In this document: one piece after another, positions 24,508 to 37,819 of the stretch | Layout of the letters: each line of letters opens with the position of its first letter | How positions within the stretch are numbered: position 1 is the first letter of the stretch | Assembly: GCA_951406725.2 (NCBI GenBank) | Contig: OX597814.1 | Span: forward strand, 91,140,001 to 91,204,000 | From: Octopus vulgaris | Lineage: Eukaryota | DNA length: 64,000 nt | Direction of reading: 5' to 3' | Made by a program: the position numbers and the translations under genes | The notes under the pieces: model-generated | Told to the model about the DNA's origin: nothing | Database searches by the model: none | Seen by the model: only the letters and a program-made list of their open reading frames with translations

Positions 24508-25258
24508 AATCTTTTCCTTTTGAACGGCACATGTCAACAATTTCTAGTTAACTAAACACTTAAACTTCGTTTACTGGTAGAATGTGTTTATAAAAAAATT
24601 TTCTTGGCTTTCAGAAAATTCTATAGTTTGTAAGATATTTCGAGCATTTCGGCAATTTTAACCAATCGCTGACCTCCATTTGGGGTGAAAATATTCCGTG
24701 CTGTATGAATATGTCCCTCGTTTAAGAAACAGATTGGGTTTATTTACATTTGCGAAGAAAAGACAACCTTCCCCCACTCCTAACTCTAAAATAGATTGAA
24801 ATGCAATAGATCGATACTAGGGTTATAATTATGGGTGACATTTTCATTTGACACCGCTAGAAAAAAATCCCATTTTCCGTAGCGGTGTCGTAGGAAATTG
24901 TCACCCATAATTATAACCCTAGTATCGATCTATTGCATTTCAATCTATTTTAGATTTAGGGTTAGAGTTAGGTTATGTTTTTTTTTTCTTCGCAAATGTA
25001 AATAAAACCAATTTATTTCTTAAACGAGGTACATATTCATACAGCGCGGAATATTTTCACCCCAAATGGAAGTCAGCGATTGGTTAAAATTGCCGAAATG
25101 CTCCAAATTAAAGTGGAAATATGTTACAGCATAGAATGTTCTCAATAACGCCAAGAAATAATGATGTTTTGTAAACACATTCTACCAGTATATGAAGTTT
25201 AAAAGTGTTTAGCTAACTAGAAAGTGTTGACATGTGCCGTTCAAAAGGAAAAAAATCC
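24508..25258. mobile_element. Palindromic dimer of the Merlin-like MITE seen at 39335
   Basis: Arms ~24508-24865 and ~24872-25258 are reverse complements of each other. Each arm is colinear with most of the 39335-39761 element. Confidence 0.85.
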
Positions 25259-25259
25259 G

Positions 25260-25496
25260 AAAAAAAATATATATCAAAGAAAAAATTAGCAAACAGTAAA
25301 ATATTATCAAAGAAAAAATTAGCAAACAAAAAAAATTTGCAAAAGGAAAAACTAAATTGCAAAAGGAAAAAAAAAAAAAAAATTTGCAAAAAGGAAAAAA
25401 AAAATTTGCAAATGGGAAAAAAAAAAAATTTGCAAAAAGGAAAAAAAAAATTAGCAAAGAAAAAAGATTAGCAAACAAAGAAAAAATTAGCAAACA
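25260..25496 (+). repeat. A-rich minisatellite (AAAAAATTAGCAAAC / AAAATTTGCAAAAGG)
   Basis: Visible tandem units; the same motif occurs at 24450-24505. Confidence 0.8.
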
Positions 25497-26770
25497 GCAT
25501 TGTAGTAAAAATATAAAATGACAATTGGGTATATTAAATCTACAAGTTTAACTACGGATTTTAGCAAACAAAAAATAGTAAACAGAAAAAAAATGTTGAT
25601 TCCACTCAAATACATAAAGTGCAGTTGCCAATGTCAGTTTCTTTATAAGTATTCAGGAAATACGAATCTAATTTTAGAATTTTGTAACCGATTTGATAGA
25701 CTGAACATTGATTAGCAAATTACTACGTAAAGGCAGTAAAATATTACTTTTATGCTAGAACTAGATTTTAAAATGTTATTCTTTTCTATAAAAAAAGAGA
25801 AAGGATTTATCCGGATTATATAATAGGCAGTACGATATTCCAGTATTACGGTTAGGCTTTGTTTAAAATATTTTTCAGAGCTAGGACTGTCCGTTTAATA
25901 TAAAGATTCACACCAATGTTACGTTTAGCGAGATTATTTTGTCGCATTTGTATTCTGATTTTATGATCAAGTTAACGATTTCAAATGAAAGTCTCGAGAT
26001 TTGACCAAATTTACCACTAATCATTAATATGCTTTCTATGGAGATATAGTTTAATTCTTTTAATTAGAGTTGGCATTTGTTGCTTCACTAAAAATTCTAA
26101 AATAAATATCTTACTAACTTACTTAGCCCCCCAAAATAACACAAATGAAGATATATCTAAAGTTAATTAAAATGCCATATATGAAATAGATTCAAATTCG
26201 TTTTAATTGCAAATAGTTTGCATGAAATAGACGTAAAAGCGAACGGGGTGTTGATAAGAAACAATCTATTTCCAATCATTGAAGTTTCAGTAAATATTTC
26301 GCAACACAACTATGTATTATTAAAACGCGAGAGAAGACACTAGAGTAACAAGTTCAGGTGTTTTATCATTATTACTTTGTTAGTTTACGTATTTGAGTGA
26401 AAACAGTTCAGCAGACAAAAAAACATCAATTCTGTTTAAGATGAACACTAGGATAATTTCAATTGTGTAAAGAAGATTAGATAAAAATATAAAAAGTTTT
26501 GGGATTTTTTTTTTCTTTTTTCAAATGAAGATTGCTTTAATGTTCCAAAACTTTGTAATTTATGATAAGCATATTATCAGAAAGATCAGATTTAGAAATA
26601 GGCAACCCCTAAGTAGTTGATTACAACCACGAAAAAGTAATATATAATCGAAAGTTATTAAAAATTTATAAAATTAAAAGCTTACAGGTTAGTTACTTAT
26701 GTTAGTTCATCTATAGGTGGTAGAAGAGTATAAGGGCGCCGATATAGATATCTTATGAAAAAAATGCGTC

Positions 26771-27373
26771 TCATATGCCGCTCAAAGGTGGTCGTATAGT
26801 GGCTAGCTCCATCGCATTGTTGCGTAGTTCTGGATAATAGACCGCTGGATTCTTCAAACGTATGTATACACAATAAATGCATATGGAGAATATAACTATT
26901 CCCAAACATACTGCAAGGATACCTACAATGTAGGAATGATTAGCTTTGGTATGAGGATTATTGGTAGTTGTCGGGTAATCAGCAGCAGTTGTAGTAGTTC
27001 CAATTTGTGAAGTAAAATTGGTGGGATCAGACATGGTGGAATCATTTGGAGAAACACGTTCAATTGCTGGAGAATTTGTCACATTCGTTGAATTCAAAAT
27101 CGACCGCTTGAAAATCCTCGCCTCTCCTTTCGGTATATCATATTTCATATCCGGGGTAAAGTTCGGCTTACACAATACAGTGTTATTATCAAAAGAGTAG
27201 TATTCGTCTCCTTTGCATTTCAAGTTTCCAACCGTTAGATTTTTCAACTCGTGACGAATTTTCAGCGGCTCGCCATAAACAGCTACATTAGAATTATTAA
27301 ATTCTGGATATAATATCGCGAAAGCGAGAACCACAAATAAGCGTTGAAACATAGTAAAAGCGAAGGAAGCCAT
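26771..27373 (-). CDS. Single-exon predicted type-I membrane glycoprotein (200 aa), paralog B
   Basis: Signal-like MASFAFTMFQRLFVVLAFA, about nine NxS/T sequons, RIFKRS site, T-rich stalk, TM (IVGILAVCLGIVIFSICIYCVYI), and a tail with YPEL. Confidence 0.8.
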   Translation of the reverse strand: MASFAFTMFQRLFVVLAFAILYPEFNNSNVAVYGEPLKIRHELKNLTVGNLKCKGDEYYSFDNNTVLCKPNFTPDMKYDIPKGEARIFKRSILNSTNVTNSPAIERVSPNDSTMSDPTNFTSQIGTTTTAADYPTTTNNPHTKANHSYIVGILAVCLGIVIFSICIYCVYIRLKNPAVYYPELRNNAMELATIRPPLSGI

Positions 27374-27779
27374 TGCGTGTTAATTATTTCGACAGTGTGT
27401 AAACCCGTACGCTGAATGAAAAATATACTGCGCTTTTTTGACAGTTACCACTTGTATTTCATATATATATATACAGGTGTGTTTTGGTCTATGCCACTTT
27501 TAAAAGAAATTGCGTTTGCAGTACATCCTTTGAAAAGTAGGCTGTCCTTACATATAAAATAATAGAACTTACTTTTTATTTTCGTTAGTATTATAATAAT
27601 ATATTTTTCGATATGTCGCAACTTACGAACAAAACAATTACATTCATATCAAACGGTTCCTTGAAGCCGGTTTCGAATCTCTAATTATCTCATTTCTTTT
27701 CTCTCTTATTGTATGGGGAAAGATCCTTAATATTCCGATGCATGACAGTGCTACATAATTGAGAGAAATATACCTGGCT

Positions 27780-29300
27780 CCTTTTTATTATCGGCATGAA
27801 GCCTTAAATATAGAGGGGACACTACATGGACAGACAACACAAACGGGGGTACATATAACGATTAACGAAGATTTATGAGGTGTGAAAAAATAATGATAAT
27901 GAAATGGCTTTCTTCCCACCAAAGTAGAAAGTTGCATTTTACAGTTTTTACTGTTCAGTTTATATTTATTTGTTTTACTGTTCAGTTTGTATCTTTTTTT
28001 TTTTAATATATCAGAAAACGTGTGACATCTTAAAAAGCCATCAACGGTGGTAATTCGTCGAATTGAACCCGCAATGGTGTTTTCTCCGTCCCATCTCCGA
28101 ACATCTCTTTCAGTCCGGCTGCCCCTTCATCATCCAAAAATACAGTTTTCATGCTTCCATTCACCCCTCCATCTGCCAGTTTCCCACCTACAACGCCTTT
28201 CAGTCCTGCCATCCGCTCCTCAACATCTACGCCCCTCCCACGTTTCACCAACATCCCATCGTGCCCTCCTTCAACTCTCTATGACATTATTGCTGGTGTT
28301 TCCATCAGATCTTTCAGCTCCTTTGGTCCCTTCACCTCCTCACCCGCTGACGGCTCCAGCTGTTGCATTTGCTCTCTTGCTGCTTCATCCCGTCTGCCTC
28401 CCCCTTTCTGCATTTCCGCTCCTTTTCGGTGGAGATTCACCACCTCCCCTCCTCTCGACCCCAGAACACTCTATTTCCTCCTCCGCCACTTCATTCACTC
28501 TTTCCGGGATCTCCCACTTCATCACCTCCCGTTCGTGTTTTTGGGGACACCCCGCCACTACGCCCCCCACTCCACATTAGAAGCCTATTGGTGGTCCACC
28601 CTCCACCACGACTCAAAGTCTGGACTCATCGGGCAGGACCATATCCTCATCACCTTGTGGAGGTCAGGGAGGCCGACAAGTACCATCACCTTGAGGCCAA
28701 ACCCCACCAGTACACCTCCGCTGTCCTTGACACTTTCATCGTCTCCACCCTCTCAACCGCATTGTAGAGGATGGCCGCCACAAGACTGTCTTCGTCTATC
28801 TCTGGTGACACTCTCCCCACTCTCACTCCGAACGCACGTCCTCCACAGCAAGTAGGGAAGAGTGCCCACCGTGCCGATCGCAAGGCTACGGTGGAGCATT
28901 TCCTTGCTTCGCTCTCACCAAAGAAGTGCACCTCCACCGTGCCGAACTTTCGTCCTCTATTACAGAATGTAATTACTTCTTTTACGTCCTTCAAACACCC
29001 CTCTATGCCATTTCCACCCTCCTTGTCGCTATATTTAACGTTCTGTACGTAATCATTTTTCCTTCCGTTTTCTCTGTTATTTCTTTATGGGGTGTCATCT
29101 TCATTTCTTCTTCAACAAGGTATTGAATTTCTGATAGTCTATATCCTTCACTTCCAGTACTTGTATCTGCAGTAGCTCAGCTTTCAGGCTTCTGCCCGTC
29201 ACTGCCGTAGAACTGCCTGTTTAGACCTGCATAATTCCGTTATTCACCGCCTCACCCACAACTGGGGAAGCCAAATATAACTTTTAACAAATTCAAAACC
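27780..29300 (-). mobile_element. Tx1/L1-clade ORF1-only (HAL1-like) retroelement, degenerate
   Basis: VEVHFFGESEARKCSTVALRSARWALFPTCCGGRAFGVRVGRVSPE aligns with the ORF at 40444. The 3' UTR ATGTACCCC...GTCCCCT...AATAAA follows without an ORF2. Confidence 0.7.
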
Positions 29301-29502
29301 AGAAAATCAAACATATTATTTAACAAGTCAAGAAACAACAGGTTTACATTAACCGGTTAAGAATTACGTTTCAAATCACTCCAAAAAACGACGACGTCGA
29401 AATAAGACTGTCAACACCCCAAATGAACAAGACTGCCACTAATATTATACCTGACTACTCATGAATAAATAACGTTACTGACTTCTTAAACACTGTCCTC
29501 TT

Positions 29503-30676
29503 TTATTCATTAAATTGGCCATAGAGACCTTACAAAGAAAGGAAGCTTCTGGCTAGACAAGGGGATGATGAGATGAAATGATAGACGATATAATAATGAG
29601 AGCAACAGCAACGCCCGCCGATTGCTGTTTACCCCAAGCACATTCTTCCTTATAAGTATCATATTTGAGGCTCAAAACCTCTTACATAGTTCAAACTAAA
29701 ACATCACTGATGCAATAAACCCCTTACATTTACAAGAAAGCCATTATGAGTCAGTAAACCTCTTACACAAGTCAATTATAAAATCAATAAAACAATACAA
29801 ATGAGGCACCAAGCCTCTTTCATTAATTACAAATCTTCGTGCCCGACTAGACTTCTCACCTTGGTCAAACACCTGGCCGGTATAAAGTCGTGCCGCTTTA
29901 ATAGAAAATTAAAAGTGTCCGCTGGGAAGGAGTTCAATATCCTGCACTGTTTCCCATATGACCTCCGCCGCCACATACGAAGGCCAGTCAGGGTCCTGTG
30001 TGCCCTTCCTTTTATACCTCTTAATGAAGTGTTCTATTGTTCCTCCCTTAAGGGAACAAAGACCACAAACTCCTCCTCCACAGCATGGGAGGGATCTACA
30101 GTTTCCACCTTTGGTGGCACGACTCCCACGGTAGGTACTTCGGGACACGCTGGCAATGTCCCGTTCTTCTTATTTTTCATTTTTTCTCTGAGCCACGGGA
30201 GGGTGGCTTTCCTCCGGTTTGTCCAGCAAATCCTTCCTTTCTCTCGCAGCCTTCGGACTTCCGGTGGGCAACCATTGCTGCCCACCTTTCGTTTTTTCCT
30301 TTTTCCGATGAGGTTTCCACCTCCTCGACTTCATCCTTCTCTCCCTCCAATGAGGGAAGAGGGAGCCGTATCTTTACCAACTGCTCCAGGGCCTTATTGT
30401 GGTCATTACGGCAGTTCTTTTTGATATGGCCAGGTTCCAGGCACAGGTGACACTTGGGTGGGGGTGCTCCCTCGAGCATCAGCGGATACTTAGACCCGGC
30501 CATTCTTAAAACATTTGGAAATACCAGATTTTCGTCTAATTGGGTTCATAGAGTCAAAACAGCTTCTGACCCCTTCCAATTAACCGCAGGCAGAATGTTT
30601 ACGTTTAGGAGCTTGGTACTGCTGCCACTCAGACCCGGTGGATACTATACTCAGACCCTGGCGGATAGCATCATCG
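29503..30676 (-). mobile_element. 5'-truncated ORF1-type retroelement with zinc knuckle and 15-bp TSD
   Basis: CHLCLEPGHIKKNC (CX2CX4HX4C). TSD AAACACTGTCCTCTT at 29488-29502 and 30677-30691. Confidence 0.75.
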
Positions 30677-30942
30677 AAACACTGTCCTCTTAATAGATAA
30701 CGTTACTGTTCTCTTAACTGTTTTCCTAAACAGAAATTGCGTTTGCAGTACGTCCTTTGGAAAGTAGGCTGTGCTTACATATAAGATAATAGAATTGACC
30801 TCCATTTTCGTTAGTATCTATACTATAATGGAGAAAGCTGCTTATTAATTAGGTATGAACAATTACTTAAAGTACTAAGAGACAAGTAATTATTAAAGGA
30901 TTGACCGTCTGGAAATATGGTTATAAATTCATGCTCTAAGAA

Positions 30943-31695
30943 GTTTATTTCTTTATTGCCCACAAGGGGCCAACGAAGAGGGGACAGCACAGCTTGATTT
31001 GGGGTCAGATACCAAAAAATGGAGTTAGAAATTTACAATGAAATCGAGTGATATAATCGAATGATAGACAATTGACAAAACATGGTAACAAACACAATGA
31101 GGCAGGGGAACAGGTTTTCGCTTCGACCCCACCAGCACTGTTTCACCACCGACATCTTTTTATATGACCTTTGTCATATTCACGAGGTCTCTTTCACACA
31201 CAACATTCGTGCTACACCTGCCCACATGTCTTTGTACATTTTCTCCGACAGAATTATCTATTCTCTATTTGTATAATTTGCTCTCCCCTTATATGAATAG
31301 CACTGTAGAGATGACTTTCGAAGATGAAAGCGTGAATCTGAAATCTACTATGCTGTCAGATTGTGCGAAGATTCTGATTAGTAACTTTCATTGTTTTCAC
31401 ATTTTTAAAACATGAATTTCCTTTTTAGGGGAAAAGTGAAAAAGCCCACATAAATCGAAGCCAGAGATGAAGTTGCCTGTCACCAATTCTTTCACTCTCG
31501 ACTTCCATATCACCTCTTTCGCGATTGCTACTATCACAAGAGAACAGTTTTTACCTTCTTTCGTTAGGAAATCGGGTGGATCAATTTTTAGAATCGACTC
31601 AGCCGATAGTTGTACTCTTCTTGTATCTAACAACAGATTTTCTGCATAAACCCACACTTCTGACACTTGCGGACGCTGAACAATAGAGTGTAGGA
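30943..31695 (-). mobile_element. Tx1-like LINE 3' fragment (ORF2 C-terminus plus tail)
   Basis: EVWVYAE...VAIAKEVIWKSR resembles the Tx1 C-terminus. Tail ...CCCCTTGTGGGCAATAAAGAAAT. Confidence 0.7.
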
Positions 31696-32042
31696 CGTAT
31701 ATATATATATATATATATACGTATATTTCTTTACATGTATTTTTATAGTTTATACTTTTATGTTTACGATTATACCGTAATGACTATTAAATATAAGGAC
31801 TACTATAGCAAGCCCAATTCGCGGATACAAGGAACAAAAATCAATGTGATTGTGAGAACTCTATTAATCTAATGGGGCACCAATTTATGTATGTTTGTGC
31901 CTGATGTGTCTCAAACTCCGCTGATGGATGCAACATGATTGGAGGCACAACATTCCAGCCATAAATGACAATCGCAGGTAGGGTGGAAACGATAGTTGTA
32001 CTGAAATAATGACTAACGCCAAATCTGCTTCATTCATAGAAT

Positions 32043-32043
<1 letters not shown>

Positions 32044-32107
<64 letters not shown>

Positions 32108-32119
32108 AAGAAGAATATC

Positions 32120-32166
<47 letters not shown>
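32044..32166. repeat. Compound microsatellite (AAT)n(AAG)n(TTA)n
   Basis: Directly visible. Confidence 0.95.
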
Positions 32167-32169
<3 letters not shown>

Positions 32170-32199
32170 AGAATAATGGAAAATAGATGGAGACAAACG

Positions 32200-32760
32200 C
32201 TTAAGATATTATTTAAATCATTTATTTCACCATATCACCGTATATGTTTCGATTGATGCATTAAAATAAATCCGAGAGGAAGAGTAATGTGAGAAAATGC
32301 ATCAATCCTATCAGCGAGGAGATTAATAACAGTGCTCATCAATAATCCATTTTTACAGATGTAAGAGACTATGTTATATAATGTATATGCAAAAACAAAG
32401 TTGGATAGGGAACGTTAGAAATATTTTAAAATGCCGTTAAGAAATTTGATGTCATAGGACGAGAGCAGAAGAGAAGGAAGTGAAAAAGAGTATTAAAGGA
32501 GTAATGGATAGAAAGATGAAGAAACGAATAGGAAGTATGGGATGAAAAGAATAAATTTTAAGTTGCAGGTATAATTAGGTAAGGGGCCAGATATTATTTG
32601 AAATAGCTGAAAGTTGTGTTTACCAATGTAAACACTTGTAGACACATTCTTTATAGGTGTTGGCCAGTGTACGTTTGGAAAAAGGGATAAATAGATGTTT
32701 GTCCTTACAAAAAGGGCAGAAAGATTTCCCCATCATTTTGAAATCAATCAACATTGGAAC
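32200..32760 (-). mobile_element. Penelope-like remnant (VYIG motif plus hammerhead-like 3' motif)
   Basis: SVYIGK near 32620 (minus). Downstream CTGATAG, a perfect 12-bp stem, then GAAACATAT at 32314-32241. Confidence 0.5.
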
Positions 32761-33267
32761 TAATGTGTTTCATATTTTATTATTGTAACTGTGGTCACTT
32801 AAGAATCACTTCGTCAAACCTCAAAATGTAATGTTTATATCTACAAGCATGCTAATATGTTTATGATAACTGAACCAAGAATGACTTCAGGAAGTTGACC
32901 ACATCGATGCAGCATAATTGAAAAGAAGCTTTTTCTCTCTCTCTGTATTCCCTTTTTTCTTTCTTCTTTCTTGTCTTTCTCATCCTTCTTCCTAAACTTG
33001 TAATCTTGAACGGTTATTTAGCAACCGCCATCTGTTAGCCAACAGAGACATGCTTTCTTATACTTTCTATTCTCTCCCTTTCCTTCTTCATTCTCTACTT
33101 CTAAACAAACAAAATTACATATACTCACACACACACACACAAACACACGCACACGCATACACATGTATTTTTCCCAGTCCTAAAGTGTATATTTTCAAAT
33201 ATGTTAATGAGAGAAGAGCAGGGAGAGAGAAAGAGATGCTTTCGAAAACAGTGACTCAACCAAGAAT

Positions 33268-33540
33268 TGATTTTTATTTGTCCACAAGAGATTAAGACAG
33301 AGGGGGCAGCACAAGGGGTCGGGGTGAATCGCCCACAAATGATGAAACATTTAAAAATTTATGATATATAATTCAATCGAAAGATTAATATGAAGTGATG
33401 GACACGTATGACCCCCACAGACCACATTCCACAAGTGAACCTTTTAAAGAACCTTTATGTCCTCCTTTAAGATGTCATATCCACTCTCAACATGTATGTC
33501 ACTTTCTTCCATCTTTTCGCATATAAAGCCACATAAATTG
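33268..33540 (-). mobile_element. Tx1-like LINE 3' tail fragment
   Basis: TTTTATTTGTCCACAAG..AGAGGGGGCAGCACA resembles the tail at 30945-30990. Confidence 0.5.
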
Positions 33541-33768
33541 TCAAACATGGCAAAAAGTACGCGAAGTCAATTTTGCTTTGGATAATTGATAGCATTCAAA
33601 TTAGAAAAATAACAAAAATATGCTTGGTAGCTTATAAATCACATATTTATTAACGAATCTAAACGAAATAAAACAGTTCGAAAGATTACATGAGGGAGGG
33701 AGGGATGCTACAGAGTGTGATATATAAAGTCGGTTAGTTTTGACTCTAATATACATACATACATACAT

Positions 33769-33805
<37 letters not shown>

Positions 33806-36477
33806 TATACGTATGTATGTTTGATTGTGTGTGTGTGGTGTGTGTTTATTGAATGCTTGAAGTGGTTTACAGATATTGTATATTAAGAAAAAGGAGGTAG
33901 AAGTTTGAATAAAGAACTCTTCCAGATAATGAACAGAAAGTTTCTTCGTCTTTTATATAAATTGAAAAGCGGATGTTGTTTGGCATTGTTTAGGAGAAGA
34001 GAAATTTCGATTTTGGAGACAAGAGAAAAAGAGGTAGATAGAAAGAAGGACAAACAAGAAAGAGAAAGAAAGGTGAAGAGGAGAGAAAGAGAGAAAATGG
34101 TTTGTTTACAATTATATTTTATCGATCTAGTCAACCAATTAAAATTTAATTACAATTCAAGATGTCATTCTTGGTTCAGCCATATTTCTCCCGGGTAGGT
34201 AATGCCGGTGGCGAGGGATCCAACTCGTCATTCTATAGAGGATTAGTAGAGACCAAGTGTGACGGTGTTCTGGGTGAAACACAGGGCTCTGGCGATGATC
34301 AGACGGCTAAGTCTGTTTTGATTAGTCAAATACATAATAAGATATTTGGGTTTAATTAATACTACCAATGTTCTTCTCAGTCAATTAGACATGACCTGTA
34401 ACATGTCCTTAATTTTTATACAATGCCTTTAATAATTGTTATGCCTATATTTTTATACGTTTTGTTGTTTACATGCGTTACGAGCAAGAACATTTGCGGT
34501 CATTATCTTAAATATTAGAGATAAACATGCTTGCTGTTACTTGTTAGATATGTTCCAAACGCTTGACATACGTTCAAAATTCCTATCAGTTTCTTAAAGT
34601 GTATAACGTCTTTCACTTTGGCGAAATATCGAAGAGTGCACAGTCGGCAGATAATTCATATGCTGATAAATACAATGAGTACAAAATTAGATTCAATTAT
34701 TTAATAGCCACAATCGTATCAAATGAACAATAACGTAAAGCTAACATAAAACTTATTGAAACACTTTAATTGATTTTACATCGATTTGAAACTAACGATA
34801 AATAAACATTGCAACATGGGGTATTATTGATTCGTAATCGATTTGCAATTAAAAATAAACATTTCCACTCTGGGATTTCATTGATCCTTAGAGAATTTCA
34901 TCGAAATCACATTAGAACTATATATACTGAAATGAATTCAGAGAATTGAAAATGTTAATAGTTTTAAATTACCTTTAAATGTAAAACTGTACTCGAATTA
35001 GATAATTACATAGAATTGTTACGCGTCAGAGAAATTCGTTTTAATGTTAGAAAATCATAGCCGTTAGTTTAGCATAATGCAATGCATATGATTCCCGTTA
35101 TATGAAGGATTATTATTAATACCTCTATACCAACGGATATTACGTAAACTGAATTAAACTTGATAATTATTGCAATGACAGATTCAAAGGTTTCCAATTT
35201 ACCTTTCTAAACATTTTCATGTATGTGCTTTAGAATATATTTCACCGGTATTCTATATGATATAGTGTTTAAAATTACAAACATCGATCCTGAAACGGTA
35301 TCATGTAATTGTTTTCGATCCTTCACTCCAAATATAGATTAAAAGTTGTTGTGCTAATAATTAACTATTTCATCAAATACCAACTTGAGCTTGCTACTCC
35401 AGAAATCAACTGAAATGATATTCTAAAATAAAATGGCGAATTAAACAAATGTGCTTTTATTCAAACTTAAATCCAACGTACAAAGATGCATGGACTGTCA
35501 AAAAGATTACTAAAATTTAACACGTGACAGAAATATCTTTGTCCCTCTAAAATGTAACTTGTAGATTTAATTCTTATCAACAAGAATATACAATTACGAC
35601 ATACACATTCATCATTTCGAGTATTGTACAGAAACTACCATAACTACTAATTTTATAGCTTATAGTATGAAGTTAACGCATCTTATAACATGAAAATACC
35701 TATTTTCCAGGTTCTTATCAGAATCAAAAGCACCTGGCTACAATTTTAATCCCTTGCGTATTGTAGAATAATCTCATAAGTATATATGATGAAGCATTGT
35801 ATTTCTGTTCCACGTTTAGAATATATTGAATAAATATCTATCTTACTCAAACTAACACACTTGATATGATAATTGCTTTGCGCAGATTCAGAATAATTGC
35901 GAAACACAACTGGGTGATCACTCTATCCGATATTATAAATGAGACAATTTGAGAACCGTTCCTTCTAAATCTATTAAAGCGAATGTAGTAGAATCTAGCT
36001 CTGAGAGTTAAAGTAATCATTTTCAAATTGTAACCACAGCTCTGGAGTGCTTGTCCCAATTAGAACGCTGGTCATTATTATTGTGATGTTGGCCGCGGAC
36101 GTAATTCTATTTTAGTGAGTGACACTGATCATAGATATACAAACTACGAACACATTCGACTATCCCAGCAAAGCACCGCTAGTGAAATATAATTCAGTAG
36201 CATCTGATGAAATTTACAAACTAAAATCAGATAGTAATGACGTTGTGCACAAGTTTTGAGGGAATATAGCAATAGGAACCTTAATTTATGATATTGGTTG
36301 ATCTGGAAACAATTTTTATTATTGGTCATTTGATGACCCGATCTGTGTATTTATTAAAAACATATTAGGTGTGTGACTCTGGATAACTGTCAGTACGATC
36401 GCACGAGCAAGTATCGACCAGCTTTCGCGCGACGGATCCCCCGCGAGTCCGCCCTATCAACTGTTTTATACATACAC

Positions 36478-36513
<36 letters not shown>

Positions 36514-37819
36514 ATTTAAATCGCAGGATAATGACTTCATCAACGAGGAAATACAACTGATTTTTGAGAGGATTATGTATCATGTGTTATTAGTTATTTT
36601 AAATTTATGTTTGATTTCGAACTCATTCCAACATAATGATGTGAAGAAAAATTCTAGAGGTAAATGTGATTAACAGGTTCTACGTTTCTTAAAAAAACCC
36701 GAAAAGGTCTAACTTTTGCTCTGATGTTATTAATCGAAAGCACAAAAAATAGGATATCAACTTATTTGCAAATTACACATTCGTATGAGTATTCTATGTG
36801 AGGTAATGTTACCTCTTATCAGAGTGCGTTTAACACTGTAACGAAAAAGAAAACCAGTCAAATCAGAAAATTAGATTTATGTACGCTAGAATTTGATCCA
36901 TGTAAATTGATTCTAGATTTCAAATATAACACAGGATTAAAATAACAAGATAAAGAATAATTTCACCGAACGAAAAAAAGAAAGTGACTTTCAAAGGAAT
37001 TAATAAATTTGTTTACATTGAATAGAAACCAACAAATTCATTTTCGAAATACAGTTGATCTTTTGTTATTTTTCTATAATTCAGATGTATACTGTGTAAA
37101 TCTAGCTACATAACCTATAATTACGATTTGGTCTCACTATTTTAACTCTCAGTATAAAAATAATGAAACGCAATCCATTGCATATTTTTGTTGGATTATT
37201 CGGATTCTGCAAGATGAGGTACCAACAGAATCATTAGTCCATTAAACAAAATTTTGAGTAAAATTTCTTCCTGCTCTTTACTTTCTGAGTTCAAATACTA
37301 CCGACATCATATTTGTATTTCATTCTTTCGGGATCCATAAAAAAAAAATACTGTTGATGGGTGTAATCAAGTTGTCCCTCCCCGCAGAATATCTGGTCTT
37401 GCGCCAAAATGAGAAACAATTAATTGCATAATGCATGCAATGTATATTTTGCATGTAACACACAAACACAGTGTCAGCGAAGAACCAATACATATAAACA
37501 TATATTTGGTAAGAAAATTTAAGAAAATGTAAATCAAATAGTTGAAGAAATACTTGGTTAATTCCTGTAGTTTTAGCAACACGCTATGTATCAATACATA
37601 TAATACATATTCTAACAATTATAATAAGCAATTGGTTGTACTTTCGAATATGTATTCTTTCCCTGAATACCATTTGGATAAATATGTTGAAATATATTGT
37701 AAATGATTCATTGCTATTTCATTGTTACTTCGTAATCCTGATGCGTATACTTTGTAACAAAGTGTACGAAATCCGAAATCTCATTGTTTATCTTTCAATT
37801 ATCTCATTATCTGCACTCT

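Noticed and set aside
28047-28855. Long Pro/Ser-rich plus-strand ORFs (also 29801-30424)
   Set aside because: Antisense shadows of purine-rich retroelement ORF1 sequence.
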